Shown here: positions 41,949-52,480 of the stretch, piece by piece
Layout of the letters: each line of letters starts with the position of its first letter
Numbering within the stretch: position 1 is the first letter of the stretch
Virus record (IMG/VR): IMGVR_UViG_3300050015_000366
Span: 1 to 53,761 of that record
Length of the DNA stretch: 53,761 bases
Direction: 5' to 3' (one strand)
Source: a virus
Lineage: Duplodnaviria; Caudoviricetes
The notes under the pieces: generated by a model
Seen by the model: only the letters and a program-made list of their open reading frames with translations
What the model was told of the DNA's origin: nothing
The model's database searches: none
Position numbers and translations under genes: made by a program

Positions 41949-44900
41949 CAACGTCGCGCAGATCACCGTCTCAGTCAAGAACCTCACGGCCGAGGCCTTT
42001 CAGTCCATTACCGCGGACCTGAATCGCCTGAGCGGGCAGGCGTCTGCCACCGGGCAGCAGACGGCCGAGGCAATGGCGAAGGCGGGCGCGGCGTCGAAGG
42101 ACGCGAAGGACTCCGCGAGCGGCCTGTTCTCGACGTTCCAATCCGGAGCCCAAGGCCCCGTGCAGACGCTCAGGAGTCAGCTCGGCGGCCTCGTCGACCA
42201 GGAGCTCGGCAAGGCCGCCGCGGCGATGGGCATGACCAAGTCCGAGGCGGTCGGCCTGGCGGTTGGCCTGGGCGTCACGGTCGGCGCGGCGGTGGCGGTC
42301 GGCGCGGCGCTGGTGAGTGCGACCAACGCCACCGTGGACATCGGTGCCGAGCTCCACCGGATGTCCCTGATGACCGGGATCTCGGTCGAAGGGCTCTCGA
42401 AGCTGCGATACGCCTCCACCGTGCTCGGCGACGACTTGACGTCGGTCGGCGGCGCGATGTTCCAGCTCCAGCGCCGGATGTCGAGCAACCCGCCAGAGTT
42501 CCAGGCCGGGCTCAAGGCGATCGGCCTGACCCTCGACCAGTTGCAGGCGCTCTCGCCCGACCAGCAGCTCATCGCCATCAGCGACGCCATGCGGACGGCC
42601 GGCAATCAGACCGAAATAGCCGCGGCGGCGTTCGGCCTGTTCGGCCGCCAGGGCCGCGAGCTGCTGCCGATGCTGCTCGAAGACCTGCACGAGCTGACCG
42701 ACGAATCGGACCGCGTCGGCTCGACGTGGACGAAGGGGCAGGCGGACATGGCCGAGTCCGTCGAGCACGCCGAGGGGCGCATCAAGGCGGCGTGGGAGCG
42801 GATGAAGGTGAAGGCCGGCGAGACGATTCTGCCGGCTTTGGCCGCCATGCTGCAGATGGCGACCGGCACAACCGACCCGAATGAGAAATCGGCCGGAATC
42901 GCCGCGGCGCTCACGCAAGGGAGCCTGAGCAGCGGGAGCCCGTTCGCCGCCTCATGGGAAGAAGGCGACGCCTTCTTCAACTCGTTCAAGGCGCAGCTGT
43001 TGAAGTCGCTCACGACGGGCGGCCCGAGCGGCAACATCGGCGCGGCCTTCGGCCAGTCTCCGTTGCCGGTTCCCGACACCGAAAAGGCCACGGCCGCGCT
43101 CCGCGCGTTCGACCAGGAGGTGAGTCAGGGCCTCGAACCGGCCGTCCGGAACGCCGCGCTCGCCATCTTTGGGAAGGGCGGCAGCCTCAGCGACGCGATG
43201 GAGGCCTTGCGCGTCGGCGGCTTTGCGCCGAGCCAGCGGGCGCTCAGCGACCTATACGACGGGTTCAAGAAGACCCAGGAAGCCTCGAAGAACGCCGCCG
43301 ACGAAGCCGCCGCGGCCTCGAAAAAGCAGGCCGACGCGCTCGCACTCATCCAGGGCGCGCAGCAGGGCCTGACCGACGCCGAACGGCTCCAGGTGGACGC
43401 GGACCACGCCGCCGGTGCCAGCGCGGGCGAGATCGCGGTCGCCCACAACCTGAACCGGATCGCCGTCGAAAACGAGACGAAGGCCTACGACGCGCAGACC
43501 AAGGCCGGGCAGGAATCGGTCAAGGCGCAGATCAAGGCGACGTCGCAGCTCATCGAAGACGTCAGCACGCGGGGCGAGAAGACGCAGGAGGCGAACGACC
43601 GGCTCTTCGAGATCCAGCAGGAATACGACGGCAAGGCCAAGGAACTGTGGCTGAGCGGGACGGCGCTGCAGCTCCAACAGCTCCAAATCCAGGAAGACGC
43701 CGAGATCGCGAGGATTCGGAACACCAAGGATGCCGACGAGGCATCGAAGGCTGCCGCGATCGAGCGTGTCCGGAACTTCTTCGCCCAGCAGCGCCAGATC
43801 ATCGCGGCCGGCTACGGCGACTGGATCAGCTACTTCTCGCAGCTTGAAGCGGCCTCGCAGACGCTCGCGTCGAGTCAGAACGCCAGCGTCGCCGGGATCG
43901 GGACGGCGTTGGTTTCGGTGACGAGTGGGTTCAAGCTCGCCCTGCAGTCGAGCGCCAAGATCGGGACCGACTTCAAGATCCTCCAGTCTGGCGTCGGCGA
44001 CACGGACAAGGCGGCCATCCAATTCGGCCTCGACATCGCCGCCGCCGCCGCGAACGCCGTCGCCTCCTTCTCTCAGATTTCCGACAGCGCGAGCCGCGCG
44101 TCGAACACGCTGCACGGCGCGATGGGTGGCGTCGAGGCCGGCTCCGCGTTCGGGCCGTGGGGCATGTTGGTCGGGGGCATCATCGGCGGCCTCGTGGGCC
44201 TCTTCCACAGCGCGGCCGACGAGATGAAGGCCACGCAGGCGGACCTCGACAAGTTCACCTCGAGCCAGGGCGGGATCGACAAGCTCACGGCGTCGGTCGA
44301 GAAGTTCGGCCTGACGATGGACTACGTCAACACGATGATCGCGACGAAGCCCGGGATCACGATGATGACGCAGGAGCTGGCCGAGGACCAGAAGATCATG
44401 GACGCCGCGACGGCCTCGGGGAAGGCGTTCGGGGACATGGTCTCGGGCTGGGCCACGCCGATCACCGCCGCCGCGACCCAGCTCGCCGACCTCAAGAGCC
44501 AACTCGCCAAGGTCACCAGCGCCGCCGACTACGCGGCCATCTCGAAGCAGATCGCCGACCTCCAGGCGTCGATGACGTCCGGCGCGGCGGACAGCCAGGC
44601 CGAGTTCTCGCGCCTGATGGATGAGGCGCAGGCGTCAATGGCGGCGATGCTGCAGACCGGCTCGACGCTCACCGACGTCCTGACGACGATGGGGCCGGCG
44701 TTCAAGACGCTCGTCGACATGCAGGGCGCCTACAACTTCGCGCTCGACACGGGCGACAAGAAGCTCCTCGACTTCTACGGCGCCGTCACGAAGAACGCGG
44801 ACGTCGTCCAGTACCTCTCCGGCCTCGCCGGCTTCATCACGGGCATCGGCGGATCGATGGGGATTACCTCCGCGATGGCCTCCGACTGGGGCGCGCAGCT

Positions 44901-45606
44901 CCAGGGCGTGATGACCAAGCTGACGGCCGGCGGCACGTCCCACGAGGACGCGCTCCTGATGATGCAAGGGGCGCTGCAGGCTGCGTGGGAGCAGTCCACC
45001 AAGCAGATCCTGCCCCTCGAAGGCCCGCTCAAGGACCTGGTGGACGAGGCGCTCAAGCAGGGGATCATCGGCGAGAACCAGAAGTCCGTGGCCGAGCAGC
45101 AGCTCGACGCCCTGGTGGACATCAAGAACGCCGTGATCGGGCTCGTGCAGGAATGGCAACAGATGCACGGCGGCAGCGGCGGAGGAGGCGGCGGGGGCGG
45201 CGGCCAGCAGCAGAGTTTCGGGTGGACCTCGCCGGCCTACCAGGCCAACAGCTTTTACGGCTCCTCCTGGTACGGCTCGGGCTATACGGGGCTGACGAAC
45301 GGCGCGATGGGGCTGGGGGGAGGTATCGACTACGAGTCGCTCGTCGCGCACAGGAACAAGTTTGCCTCCGGCTCGGACGGCTTCCGCGACTTCGGCCGCG
45401 GCACGCCGGCCGTCCTCCACGGCGTTGAGGCCGTCATGCGGCCGATGGACCTGGCGAGCGTCGTCCGCGCGGCCAGCGGGGCGGCGGCAGGCGGCAACGG
45501 TGTCGTCCCGGTCAACGTCACGCTCCAGGTCGACCGCCAGGTGCTTGGACGCATCGCTTTCGACCTGACGGCCGAGGAACTGCTCTCCGCGCGGCTGAGG
45601 AACTGA
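41941..45606 (+). CDS. tape measure protein
   Basis: 1221 aa, Ala-rich and helical, LFGRQGRELLP, C-terminal FASG...AVLHGVEAV. Confidence 0.9.
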   Translation: MADNVAQITVSVKNLTAEAFQSITADLNRLSGQASATGQQTAEAMAKAGAASKDAKDSASGLFSTFQSGAQGPVQTLRSQLGGLVDQELGKAAAAMGMTKSEAVGLAVGLGVTVGAAVAVGAALVSATNATVDIGAELHRMSLMTGISVEGLSKLRYASTVLGDDLTSVGGAMFQLQRRMSSNPPEFQAGLKAIGLTLDQLQALSPDQQLIAISDAMRTAGNQTEIAAAAFGLFGRQGRELLPMLLEDLHELTDESDRVGSTWTKGQADMAESVEHAEGRIKAAWERMKVKAGETILPALAAMLQMATGTTDPNEKSAGIAAALTQGSLSSGSPFAASWEEGDAFFNSFKAQLLKSLTTGGPSGNIGAAFGQSPLPVPDTEKATAALRAFDQEVSQGLEPAVRNAALAIFGKGGSLSDAMEALRVGGFAPSQRALSDLYDGFKKTQEASKNAADEAAAASKKQADALALIQGAQQGLTDAERLQVDADHAAGASAGEIAVAHNLNRIAVENETKAYDAQTKAGQESVKAQIKATSQLIEDVSTRGEKTQEANDRLFEIQQEYDGKAKELWLSGTALQLQQLQIQEDAEIARIRNTKDADEASKAAAIERVRNFFAQQRQIIAAGYGDWISYFSQLEAASQTLASSQNASVAGIGTALVSVTSGFKLALQSSAKIGTDFKILQSGVGDTDKAAIQFGLDIAAAAANAVASFSQISDSASRASNTLHGAMGGVEAGSAFGPWGMLVGGIIGGLVGLFHSAADEMKATQADLDKFTSSQGGIDKLTASVEKFGLTMDYVNTMIATKPGITMMTQELAEDQKIMDAATASGKAFGDMVSGWATPITAAATQLADLKSQLAKVTSAADYAAISKQIADLQASMTSGAADSQAEFSRLMDEAQASMAAMLQTGSTLTDVLTTMGPAFKTLVDMQGAYNFALDTGDKKLLDFYGAVTKNADVVQYLSGLAGFITGIGGSMGITSAMASDWGAQLQGVMTKLTAGGTSHEDALLMMQGALQAAWEQSTKQILPLEGPLKDLVDEALKQGIIGENQKSVAEQQLDALVDIKNAVIGLVQEWQQMHGGSGGGGGGGGGQQQSFGWTSPAYQANSFYGSSWYGSGYTGLTNGAMGLGGGIDYESLVAHRNKFASGSDGFRDFGRGTPAVLHGVEAVMRPMDLASVVRAASGAAAGGNGVVPVNVTLQVDRQVLGRIAFDLTAEELLSARLRN

Positions 45607-47327
45607 TGGCCGACGCCCTCATCCTCCCGATCGTGGTGACCATCGGCGGCGTCGACCGGACGACGAAGGTGGCGGACTCCATCTACTGGTCCCGCGTCGT
45701 CAACGGCATCGGCCAGGCGCGCTTCGACACGATGGACCCAACCGGCAGCTACGCGCCCGTCGAGGGCGACCCGGTCGTGATCAGCCTCGGCGGGACGGTC
45801 CGGTGGCGCGGCGAGGTCGACGCGGCTGACACGCACTTCCTCGGGCCGACCAAGGGCGTCCTCACGCACGTCACGGCGACCTACTGCGCCCAGTACCTGC
45901 AGCGCGACGTCATCAACACGACCTTTGTCGCCGGCCTGCAGAAAACGGTCCTCCAGGCGCTGGTCGCCAGCGGCACGGTCCTCGCCGCGCTCGGCGTGAC
46001 GCTCGACGCGGCGCAGCCGGACGGGGCGACCCTGACCGAGATCGCGGCGCCCTACATGACGCCCGAGGCGATCCTCCAATACCTCTCGACGGTGACGGGC
46101 GACATCTACGACGTCAGCCCCTCGCTCGTCCTCGGCATGTGGGCGCCCGGCGCGAAGAGCAGCGGGATCACGATCACGCTCGGCGGTGGCTACCTCGTCG
46201 ACGCGAACTGGAAGCGCCGCCGGTTCGACTACCGCAACCGAGAGATCCTGTCCTACGGCTCGCCGACGACCGTCCAGATGATCGACGAGACGTTCATTGG
46301 CAACGGCAGCCGGCGCATCTTCGCGCTGCACTACGTTCCAGCGACCGCGCCGTCGAGCCTCACGATCAACGACACGCCCTACCCGGTCGGCACCTACGGG
46401 ACGAGCGGCACCGTCTGGACCTACCGCGCCTCGGACAACTCGCTCTACCAGGACTCCGGCGCGCCCGTGCTGACCAGCGGCCAGGTCCTGGACGTGACGC
46501 TGCCCGTCTTCTTCCCGCAGACCGTCACCTACCAGGACGACGCGGAAATCGCCGCGAACGGCCCGTGGGCGCGGGCGGACTCCCAGCCGGACGTCACAAC
46601 CTACGCCGCGGCGATGGCCGTCGCGCAGGGGCTCGTCGAGCAGAACAAGCCGAAGCCGCCCGTTCCGGTCGTGACGATCACGGCCGACGGCCCGCTGCCT
46701 GGCTACACGATCGTCATCGACCTGCCGGCAATTCAGCTCGCCTCGCAGACGTGTCTCATCCAGCAGGTCGAGACGACGTGTGTCAAGGCACTCGACCAGG
46801 CGGACGTGCAGCACACGCTGACGCTGGTCTCCGGCACGACGCTCGTAGCGACGCCGCGCGACATCTGGAAGCTGTTCCTGTTCGGCAACCAGACGGCCTC
46901 GCTCGGGTCAGGGGCCGGGAGTGGCGGCCTGACTGCCGCCACGGCCGTGACACCGCTCTCGGTGCAGCTCACCGCCACGACGACGGCCTACGCCGACAAC
47001 GCCGTGCGCGGCGCCAACGTCGCGGGCCCAGTCGCCGAGGCGACGCGCCCGAGGCTGAACGGATCGATGCTCGTCGGCGTCGGGCTCCAGGTGCGCGCCC
47101 GAGTGAGCTCGCCGGACGGCGGGACGGTGACGCTGCATCTGCGGGACGTCACGAACAACGTGGACGTCGGCTCGAGCGTCGCGACGGCGCTGACGGCCAA
47201 CACGGTCACGCCGATCACCTTCCGCGTCGTGCCGAGCGACGGCGCCGCCGAATACGAGCTGTGGTGGGAAGCAACGGCCGCGCCGATCAACCTGTGCCCC
47301 GGCCCGGCTTTCCTGGAGACCGCCTGA
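45606..47327 (+). CDS. tail hub / distal tail protein
   Basis: Follows the tape measure; VTIGGVD start, beta-rich. Confidence 0.7.
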   Translation: MADALILPIVVTIGGVDRTTKVADSIYWSRVVNGIGQARFDTMDPTGSYAPVEGDPVVISLGGTVRWRGEVDAADTHFLGPTKGVLTHVTATYCAQYLQRDVINTTFVAGLQKTVLQALVASGTVLAALGVTLDAAQPDGATLTEIAAPYMTPEAILQYLSTVTGDIYDVSPSLVLGMWAPGAKSSGITITLGGGYLVDANWKRRRFDYRNREILSYGSPTTVQMIDETFIGNGSRRIFALHYVPATAPSSLTINDTPYPVGTYGTSGTVWTYRASDNSLYQDSGAPVLTSGQVLDVTLPVFFPQTVTYQDDAEIAANGPWARADSQPDVTTYAAAMAVAQGLVEQNKPKPPVPVVTITADGPLPGYTIVIDLPAIQLASQTCLIQQVETTCVKALDQADVQHTLTLVSGTTLVATPRDIWKLFLFGNQTASLGSGAGSGGLTAATAVTPLSVQLTATTTAYADNAVRGANVAGPVAEATRPRLNGSMLVGVGLQVRARVSSPDGGTVTLHLRDVTNNVDVGSSVATALTANTVTPITFRVVPSDGAAEYELWWEATAAPINLCPGPAFLETA

Positions 47328-50251
47328 TGCGACGCGCGCCCTTCGCCCTGCTCGTGGCCCTACTCCTGGCGCTCGCGCTGGCCCTGGCGCTCATCCTGCT
47401 CTCGGCCGCCAATGCCTCGGCGCAGCAGCGCACGGTGACGGCCGACACTGTGAAGCTGCTCACGGTGCCCTGCACGATCACCAGCGGGTCGGCCTCGCCG
47501 ACCGGGGGCGCGAACTGCAACCTGTACCTCAAGAGTGACGGCACGCTCTGGCAGCGGACCGGCGGCGTGTGGGTCAAGGCGGGGAATGTCGGCTCGGGCA
47601 CCGTCGGCCAGATTCCCAAGTGGGTGACGAGTACGACATTTGGCGACAGCGTGATTACGGAGAGTGGCGGCAACGTCGGCATCGGGACGACGAGTCCAAC
47701 GGCGACTTTACAGGTTACGAACCAAGGATTTTCTGAAGGGACATTTCGTTCCGTGGTCACGGGGTTGATTTTAAAATCTCAAGCCACAAACGCCAGGACA
47801 TCCTTGGCTCTTGTTCCAGGTGCAGGTTCAACAATTGCGGATATTCGACTATTTACATCGACCGACACGAACACAAATTACTCATCAATTGCGTGGGGAT
47901 ATGAGGCAGGTTCAAGTGCGTGGGGCTGGAACAGCGAAAAGGGTGGAACAGAAACAGCAAAAGCAATTTATTTTAACGCTACAAATGGTCAAAGTGCGGC
48001 GACAGCGAATATGTTTTTAGCAACAAACGGCAACGTCGGCATCGGGACGACGGGGCCTGGGTCACTTCTTGAAATTTATAAATCCACGGCGTTCGCTATT
48101 GGCCCGACCCTTACTTTGAATAACCCAGCAGGTGGTGTGGGTGGAGGGTCATCTATTGACTTCAAGGGTCATGGTCCAGCATCTCAACTTATTGCATCAC
48201 GTATAGTAACGACAGATGACAATAATTGGTCTAACAATATAGATTTCCAAACAAAAGCGCAGAGTTCGGGGGGAACTTTAAGTTCTAAGTTATATATACA
48301 ATCAACCGGCAACGTCGGCATCGGGACGACGACGCCGAACTTCCAACTGTCCACGACCGGCACGGTCGCCGCCAACGCCTACGCCTCCCAGACGACAGGC
48401 TGGGCCATCACCAACGCGGGCGCAGCCGACTTCCGCTATCTCTATACCGACGAGCTCCACGCCAAAGCGTTTATCGCAGACCTCGAACAGGCTCTGGCCG
48501 GCGGCCAGATCATCAGCAAGAGCGTCGCGAAGATCTACGCCGCATTCGACACGTCCAGCGCCACGCGCCTCATCGTGGAGGACTTCGCCGGGTACGACGG
48601 CGTGGCCGTGTTCCAGGCGGGCGACTACGTGCAAGTGCGGTCCTTCTCGCGGGCAGCGGGAAGCCTGACCATCGCGAATGCCTATGGCACCGTCGCCCTC
48701 GATACCACCTACGGCGTAAGCGGGTACGATGCCGCGACGCACACCCAAGCCTGGACGTGGACCAAGATCGGCACGCCGACTGTCGTGGCCGGCGCAGGGT
48801 CGCTCGCGCTGGACCTGGGCGTGTCGGGGAACGGCTACTACGAGGTCAACAGCATCGACGGGGCCTACGGCGCGAACTCGCCGTACTCGCAGATCGTGAC
48901 GTGGGCGACGACGCCCAGCAACAAGACGGTGCGCGCGCGCATGGGCAACCTCTTCGGCGTGACGAGTACCGCCGAGTACGGCCTGTGGGCCGGGAAGTCC
49001 TTCGCGAACAATCAGTACTTCCTCGCCTCCGATACGAACTTCGAACTGCGCGGGATCGATCTCAAACTGTTCGACGGCGCGACGAACACCGTCCGCCTCG
49101 ACCCGAGCGTGCCGAGCTTCGCGATGGGCTCGACGCTGCCTTCGGGCTTCTCGACGGGCACCGGGATCTGGATGGGCAAGGATTCGAGCGCCTACAAGTT
49201 CCGCGTGGGCGACCCGTCGGCCGGGCAGCTCGCGTGGGACGGCTCGGCGCTCACGGCCGCTGGCTGGACGATCGGCGCCTCGGCGCTGATGAAGGACGGC
49301 AGCACCGAGGCGACCTCGGCCGGGATGGCGCCGACGGATTATCCCTTCTACGCGGGCGCGACCTACGCGAATCGGGCGACTGCCCCGTTCCGCGTGAGCC
49401 TAGCCGGCGGCGTCACGGCCACCTCCGGCACGATTGGCGGTTGGACGCTCGGCACGACCAGCCTCACGTCTGGGACCGGTGCCACCACTGTCGGCCTCGA
49501 CAGCGGCGGCACGAACCCCGCCTTCTACGCAGGCAGCGCGACACCGGCCTCTGCGCCGTTCCGGGTCACGAACGCGGGCGTGCTGACGGCGACGGGTGCG
49601 AACATCGTGAACGGAGTCATCACCTTTGACAACGGCGCGTTCATGAAGGTGAGCGGGAATGGCTTCGGCTCGACGAACCAGTTCATCGAATGGTGGGGCC
49701 CGCATCAGTCGGCGCTTACCAGTTGCACCGAAGCGAACGCCACCTACTACTTGAAAACAGACGGGACGGCCTACTTCGGCGGAGCACTCCTGGCTGGCGT
49801 GCTGAAGAACACCGTGACGGGCACCGTGCTCAACAACACGAACAGCGCAGTCCTCGGGCCATACGCGTCGAACGGCAACACGATCACGATCAATTGGTCG
49901 TTGGATTTCTATTCCACGAAGGCGTACGTCCCCAGTGACTCGGCCGGGTGGACCGCCGCCGACCGCACGGCGCCGACCGCCACCCTGAAACTCGAGCGGT
50001 CGGTGAGCGGCGGGGGCTACTCAACGATCTGGAGCACCACGGTCTGCAACGGGACGGTGACCGCCGAAGCACCGAACGGCGTGGACTCGGGCTTCATCTC
50101 GAAGACGGTCGTCTGCTCAGGCACCTACACGGACCCGGATCACAACACGAACACGCGGTCCTATCGGCTGTCGTTCGTGAGCGACAGCCACGTCTTCGTG
50201 CCCGGCGGCGTCGTGCGAAATAACCTCTCGCTCGTGTCGATCGAGCGGTAG
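47327..50251 (+). CDS. tail fibre / host-specificity protein with signal-peptide-like N-terminus
   Basis: GNVGIGTT x3, APFRV...G-x-IGGW motifs; N-terminus MRRAPFALLVALLLALALALALILLSAANASA. Confidence 0.75.
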   Translation: MRRAPFALLVALLLALALALALILLSAANASAQQRTVTADTVKLLTVPCTITSGSASPTGGANCNLYLKSDGTLWQRTGGVWVKAGNVGSGTVGQIPKWVTSTTFGDSVITESGGNVGIGTTSPTATLQVTNQGFSEGTFRSVVTGLILKSQATNARTSLALVPGAGSTIADIRLFTSTDTNTNYSSIAWGYEAGSSAWGWNSEKGGTETAKAIYFNATNGQSAATANMFLATNGNVGIGTTGPGSLLEIYKSTAFAIGPTLTLNNPAGGVGGGSSIDFKGHGPASQLIASRIVTTDDNNWSNNIDFQTKAQSSGGTLSSKLYIQSTGNVGIGTTTPNFQLSTTGTVAANAYASQTTGWAITNAGAADFRYLYTDELHAKAFIADLEQALAGGQIISKSVAKIYAAFDTSSATRLIVEDFAGYDGVAVFQAGDYVQVRSFSRAAGSLTIANAYGTVALDTTYGVSGYDAATHTQAWTWTKIGTPTVVAGAGSLALDLGVSGNGYYEVNSIDGAYGANSPYSQIVTWATTPSNKTVRARMGNLFGVTSTAEYGLWAGKSFANNQYFLASDTNFELRGIDLKLFDGATNTVRLDPSVPSFAMGSTLPSGFSTGTGIWMGKDSSAYKFRVGDPSAGQLAWDGSALTAAGWTIGASALMKDGSTEATSAGMAPTDYPFYAGATYANRATAPFRVSLAGGVTATSGTIGGWTLGTTSLTSGTGATTVGLDSGGTNPAFYAGSATPASAPFRVTNAGVLTATGANIVNGVITFDNGAFMKVSGNGFGSTNQFIEWWGPHQSALTSCTEANATYYLKTDGTAYFGGALLAGVLKNTVTGTVLNNTNSAVLGPYASNGNTITINWSLDFYSTKAYVPSDSAGWTAADRTAPTATLKLERSVSGGGYSTIWSTTVCNGTVTAEAPNGVDSGFISKTVVCSGTYTDPDHNTNTRSYRLSFVSDSHVFVPGGVVRNNLSLVSIER
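47668..48331 (+). repeat. three identical 25-bp direct repeats bounding two AT-rich cassettes
   Basis: CGGCAACGTCGGCATCGGGACGACG at 47668, 48028 and 48307. Confidence 0.92.
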
Positions 50252-50261
50252 GGAGACGGCA

Positions 50262-50870
50262 ATGAGCGGCGAAAGCGAACCCGTCACGCGCGGCGAATTG
50301 GCGATGCACCTCGCGCCCCTCGGGGAGATGCGCGACATGTTCCGGGCGTCGCTTGGTCGCGTCGAAAAGGGCCAAGAGCGGATACTTTCGCAGATTGCCG
50401 AGATGGACATCCGCATCACTCGCCGTCAGGACATCACGAACGGGCGGACCGCCAAGGTCGAGAACCTTGCCGCCACCATCCATATCAGCGCCGTAGAAGC
50501 CAAGGCGGCCACCGTGCTCGCGCAGCAGATCGCGATCGAGGCGAAGGAAGCGGTCGGCGTCGCTCAGCAGACCGCGATCGAGGCGAAGGAAGCGGCGTCT
50601 GGAGCGGCCAAGGTCGGAACTGACGTGCAGGCGATCGTCGCACATATCGATCAGTTCGGGTGTCGACAGAAGGGCCGACACGAGGACATGGTGGACGCGC
50701 TGGTCCAGGCCGGAGTAACGCCCGGTGAAGCGACACCGATCACGCGCTGGACGCGACGCCAGAAGGGCAGCATGGGCGCAGGGCTGGCCGCCGCGACTGC
50801 GCTTGGCGCGCTCACGCCCTACCTGGTCCCGGCAGTTGAACATCTCGCGCGGTGGGTGCGGAGCTGGTAG
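50262..50870 (+). CDS. coiled-coil protein with C-terminal membrane segment (lysis-associated?)
   Basis: AQQ-x-AIEAKEA repeated, hydrophobic C-terminus, abuts the hydrolase gene. Confidence 0.6.
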   Translation: MSGESEPVTRGELAMHLAPLGEMRDMFRASLGRVEKGQERILSQIAEMDIRITRRQDITNGRTAKVENLAATIHISAVEAKAATVLAQQIAIEAKEAVGVAQQTAIEAKEAASGAAKVGTDVQAIVAHIDQFGCRQKGRHEDMVDALVQAGVTPGEATPITRWTRRQKGSMGAGLAAATALGALTPYLVPAVEHLARWVRSW

Positions 50871-51350
50871 ATGAGGCGAACCATGATGACCGACGCAGAG
50901 ATCAGGGCTGCACTGAACAACCGCCAAGCGTTCTCGCTCACGCTGTATGGCGAGGCCAGGGGTGAGCCAGAAGCCGGCCGCGTGGCCGTGGCGCACGTCA
51001 TCGACAACCGGGTAAAGGCGGGCAAGTGGGGGCCGACCCACAAGACGGTCTGCCTCTGGCCGGCGCAGTTCTCGTGCTGGCAACCCGTAGGCGGCGCGAT
51101 GAACTACGCGGTCGTGATGGCGATGGCGCGGGCCCTCCTCGGGGATCGCCCGGTGGCCATCCCGGCGAGCCTTCAGCGATGCGTGGAGATTGCCGACGCG
51201 GTGATCGCCGGGAAGAGCGAGGACCCAACCGGGGGATCGTGCTTCTATCTCACGCACACGCTCTATGCCACGGATCCGCCGAAGTGGACGCTGGCGATGA
51301 CGATGACTGTGCAGATCGGGGAGCACGTGTTCCTCGCGGAGCGCGCGTGA
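50871..51350 (+). CDS. SleB/CwlJ-family cell wall hydrolase (endolysin candidate)
   Basis: TLYGEARGE, AVAHVIDNRV, QFSCW, DPTGG...Y, IGEHVF. Confidence 0.88.
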   Translation: MRRTMMTDAEIRAALNNRQAFSLTLYGEARGEPEAGRVAVAHVIDNRVKAGKWGPTHKTVCLWPAQFSCWQPVGGAMNYAVVMAMARALLGDRPVAIPASLQRCVEIADAVIAGKSEDPTGGSCFYLTHTLYATDPPKWTLAMTMTVQIGEHVFLAERA

Positions 51351-51574
51351 CGGCGGTCGAGCATCGGGCGCTTCGGGAGGCGTGCTGCGAGTTGCGCCGG
51401 CTCGCTCGGTGGTTACAACGGGAGGTCACGCTGGCGATGCCCGACGGTCGATGGGCCTATCGCGTGAGTCGCCCGCGAGAGGAACGGCTGGCGATGCTGA
51501 ACTCGCAGATCGACGGCCTCGGGGATCAATGTCAGGCGATTGCGTTGGCCCGTCCAGCGCACAAGGAGAAGTAG
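51347..51574 (+). CDS. hypothetical protein
   Basis: GTGA overlap with the hydrolase. Confidence 0.45.
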   Translation: MTAVEHRALREACCELRRLARWLQREVTLAMPDGRWAYRVSRPREERLAMLNSQIDGLGDQCQAIALARPAHKEK

Positions 51575-51576
51575 CG

Positions 51577-52005
51577 ATGCGACTCAGAACAGCGGTGCTT
51601 GCGGCGTGCGTGATGGCGGTATTCGGATTCTGGGGGATCACCGGAACGGCGCAGGGCACCGTCGCGGTCAACCCGACACTCGTGCAGTTCACCCCGAGCG
51701 CGGACCACAGTGTGCTCAACCTGGACGGGACGCCCATTGTTTCGCGTTACGACATGCGCGTCTACGTGCCGACCGCGTTGACTGTGGTCGTATTCACGCA
51801 GTCCCTCGGAAAACCGGCGCCCGGCACAGACGGAACGATTCAGGTCGATCTCGGGAACAGCGCCGTCGCCGCGCTTCTGAAGAACACGCAGTATGTCGCA
51901 GAGGTCGTGGCGATCGGCCCCTACGGCGAGGGGGTGAGCGCGCCGTCAAACCCTTTCGGTTTTGCAGCGCCACCTCGGCCGGCGGGTGCGCCAGTCCTCC
52001 GGTGA
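51577..52005 (+). CDS. secreted/membrane-anchored fibronectin-III-like protein
   Basis: AAGGAG SD; signal-like N-terminus; LKNTQYVAEVVAIGPYGEG-x-S-x-PS. Confidence 0.65.
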   Translation: MRLRTAVLAACVMAVFGFWGITGTAQGTVAVNPTLVQFTPSADHSVLNLDGTPIVSRYDMRVYVPTALTVVVFTQSLGKPAPGTDGTIQVDLGNSAVAALLKNTQYVAEVVAIGPYGEGVSAPSNPFGFAAPPRPAGAPVLR

Positions 52006-52096
52006 GCAAGCCGGGGTGTGGGCGCTGATGCGCTGCCCCCTCTCTCGCCGTCCTCGTCTCTCCGGTCTCGTCAGGTAGGGAGCGCGAGATCAGACT

Positions 52097-52477
52097 ATGG
52101 CACTCATCATTGATCGCGTCTGGGGCCGCGTCGCCCGCCCGTGGGGCTTCGAGGTGCGCGTGGATCTGCGCGATGACGCGGGCACGGCCTATAACGAGGC
52201 GATGACCTTCAAGACTGAGCCGGATGCCGACGCCTTGAACAAGCGTGTGGCCGCGCTCGTGACCCAGATCGAAGATCGCCTGGCGCATCCGCAGGGCGAT
52301 CCCCTCGATCCGAAAGACGCCGAGATCGCCACGCTGAAGGCAGACAAGGCCGCGCTCTGGTTGGTGGGCGATAACGATCAGAAGGTGCTCGACGCCCTCG
52401 TGGCGAAGTACGGCAAGGGCGCCACGGACATCATTGCGGCGGTGAGCACGAAGCCGCCGAAGCCTCCCAAGGGATAA
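52097..52477 (+). CDS. hypothetical protein
   Basis: Clean ORF with genome-typical codon bias, upstream of the spike gene. Confidence 0.6.
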   Translation: MALIIDRVWGRVARPWGFEVRVDLRDDAGTAYNEAMTFKTEPDADALNKRVAALVTQIEDRLAHPQGDPLDPKDAEIATLKADKAALWLVGDNDQKVLDALVAKYGKGATDIIAAVSTKPPKPPKG

Positions 52478-52480
52478 GAC

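Noticed and set aside
46139-47326. N-terminal extension of the 1370-aa track ORF
   Set aside because: It is an off-frame shadow of the hub gene; the fibre starts at ATG 47327 after a GGAG SD.
47668-48331. Three identical 25-bp repeats as a CRISPR array
   Set aside because: The intervening segments are 254-335 bp, in-frame coding, and there are no cas genes.
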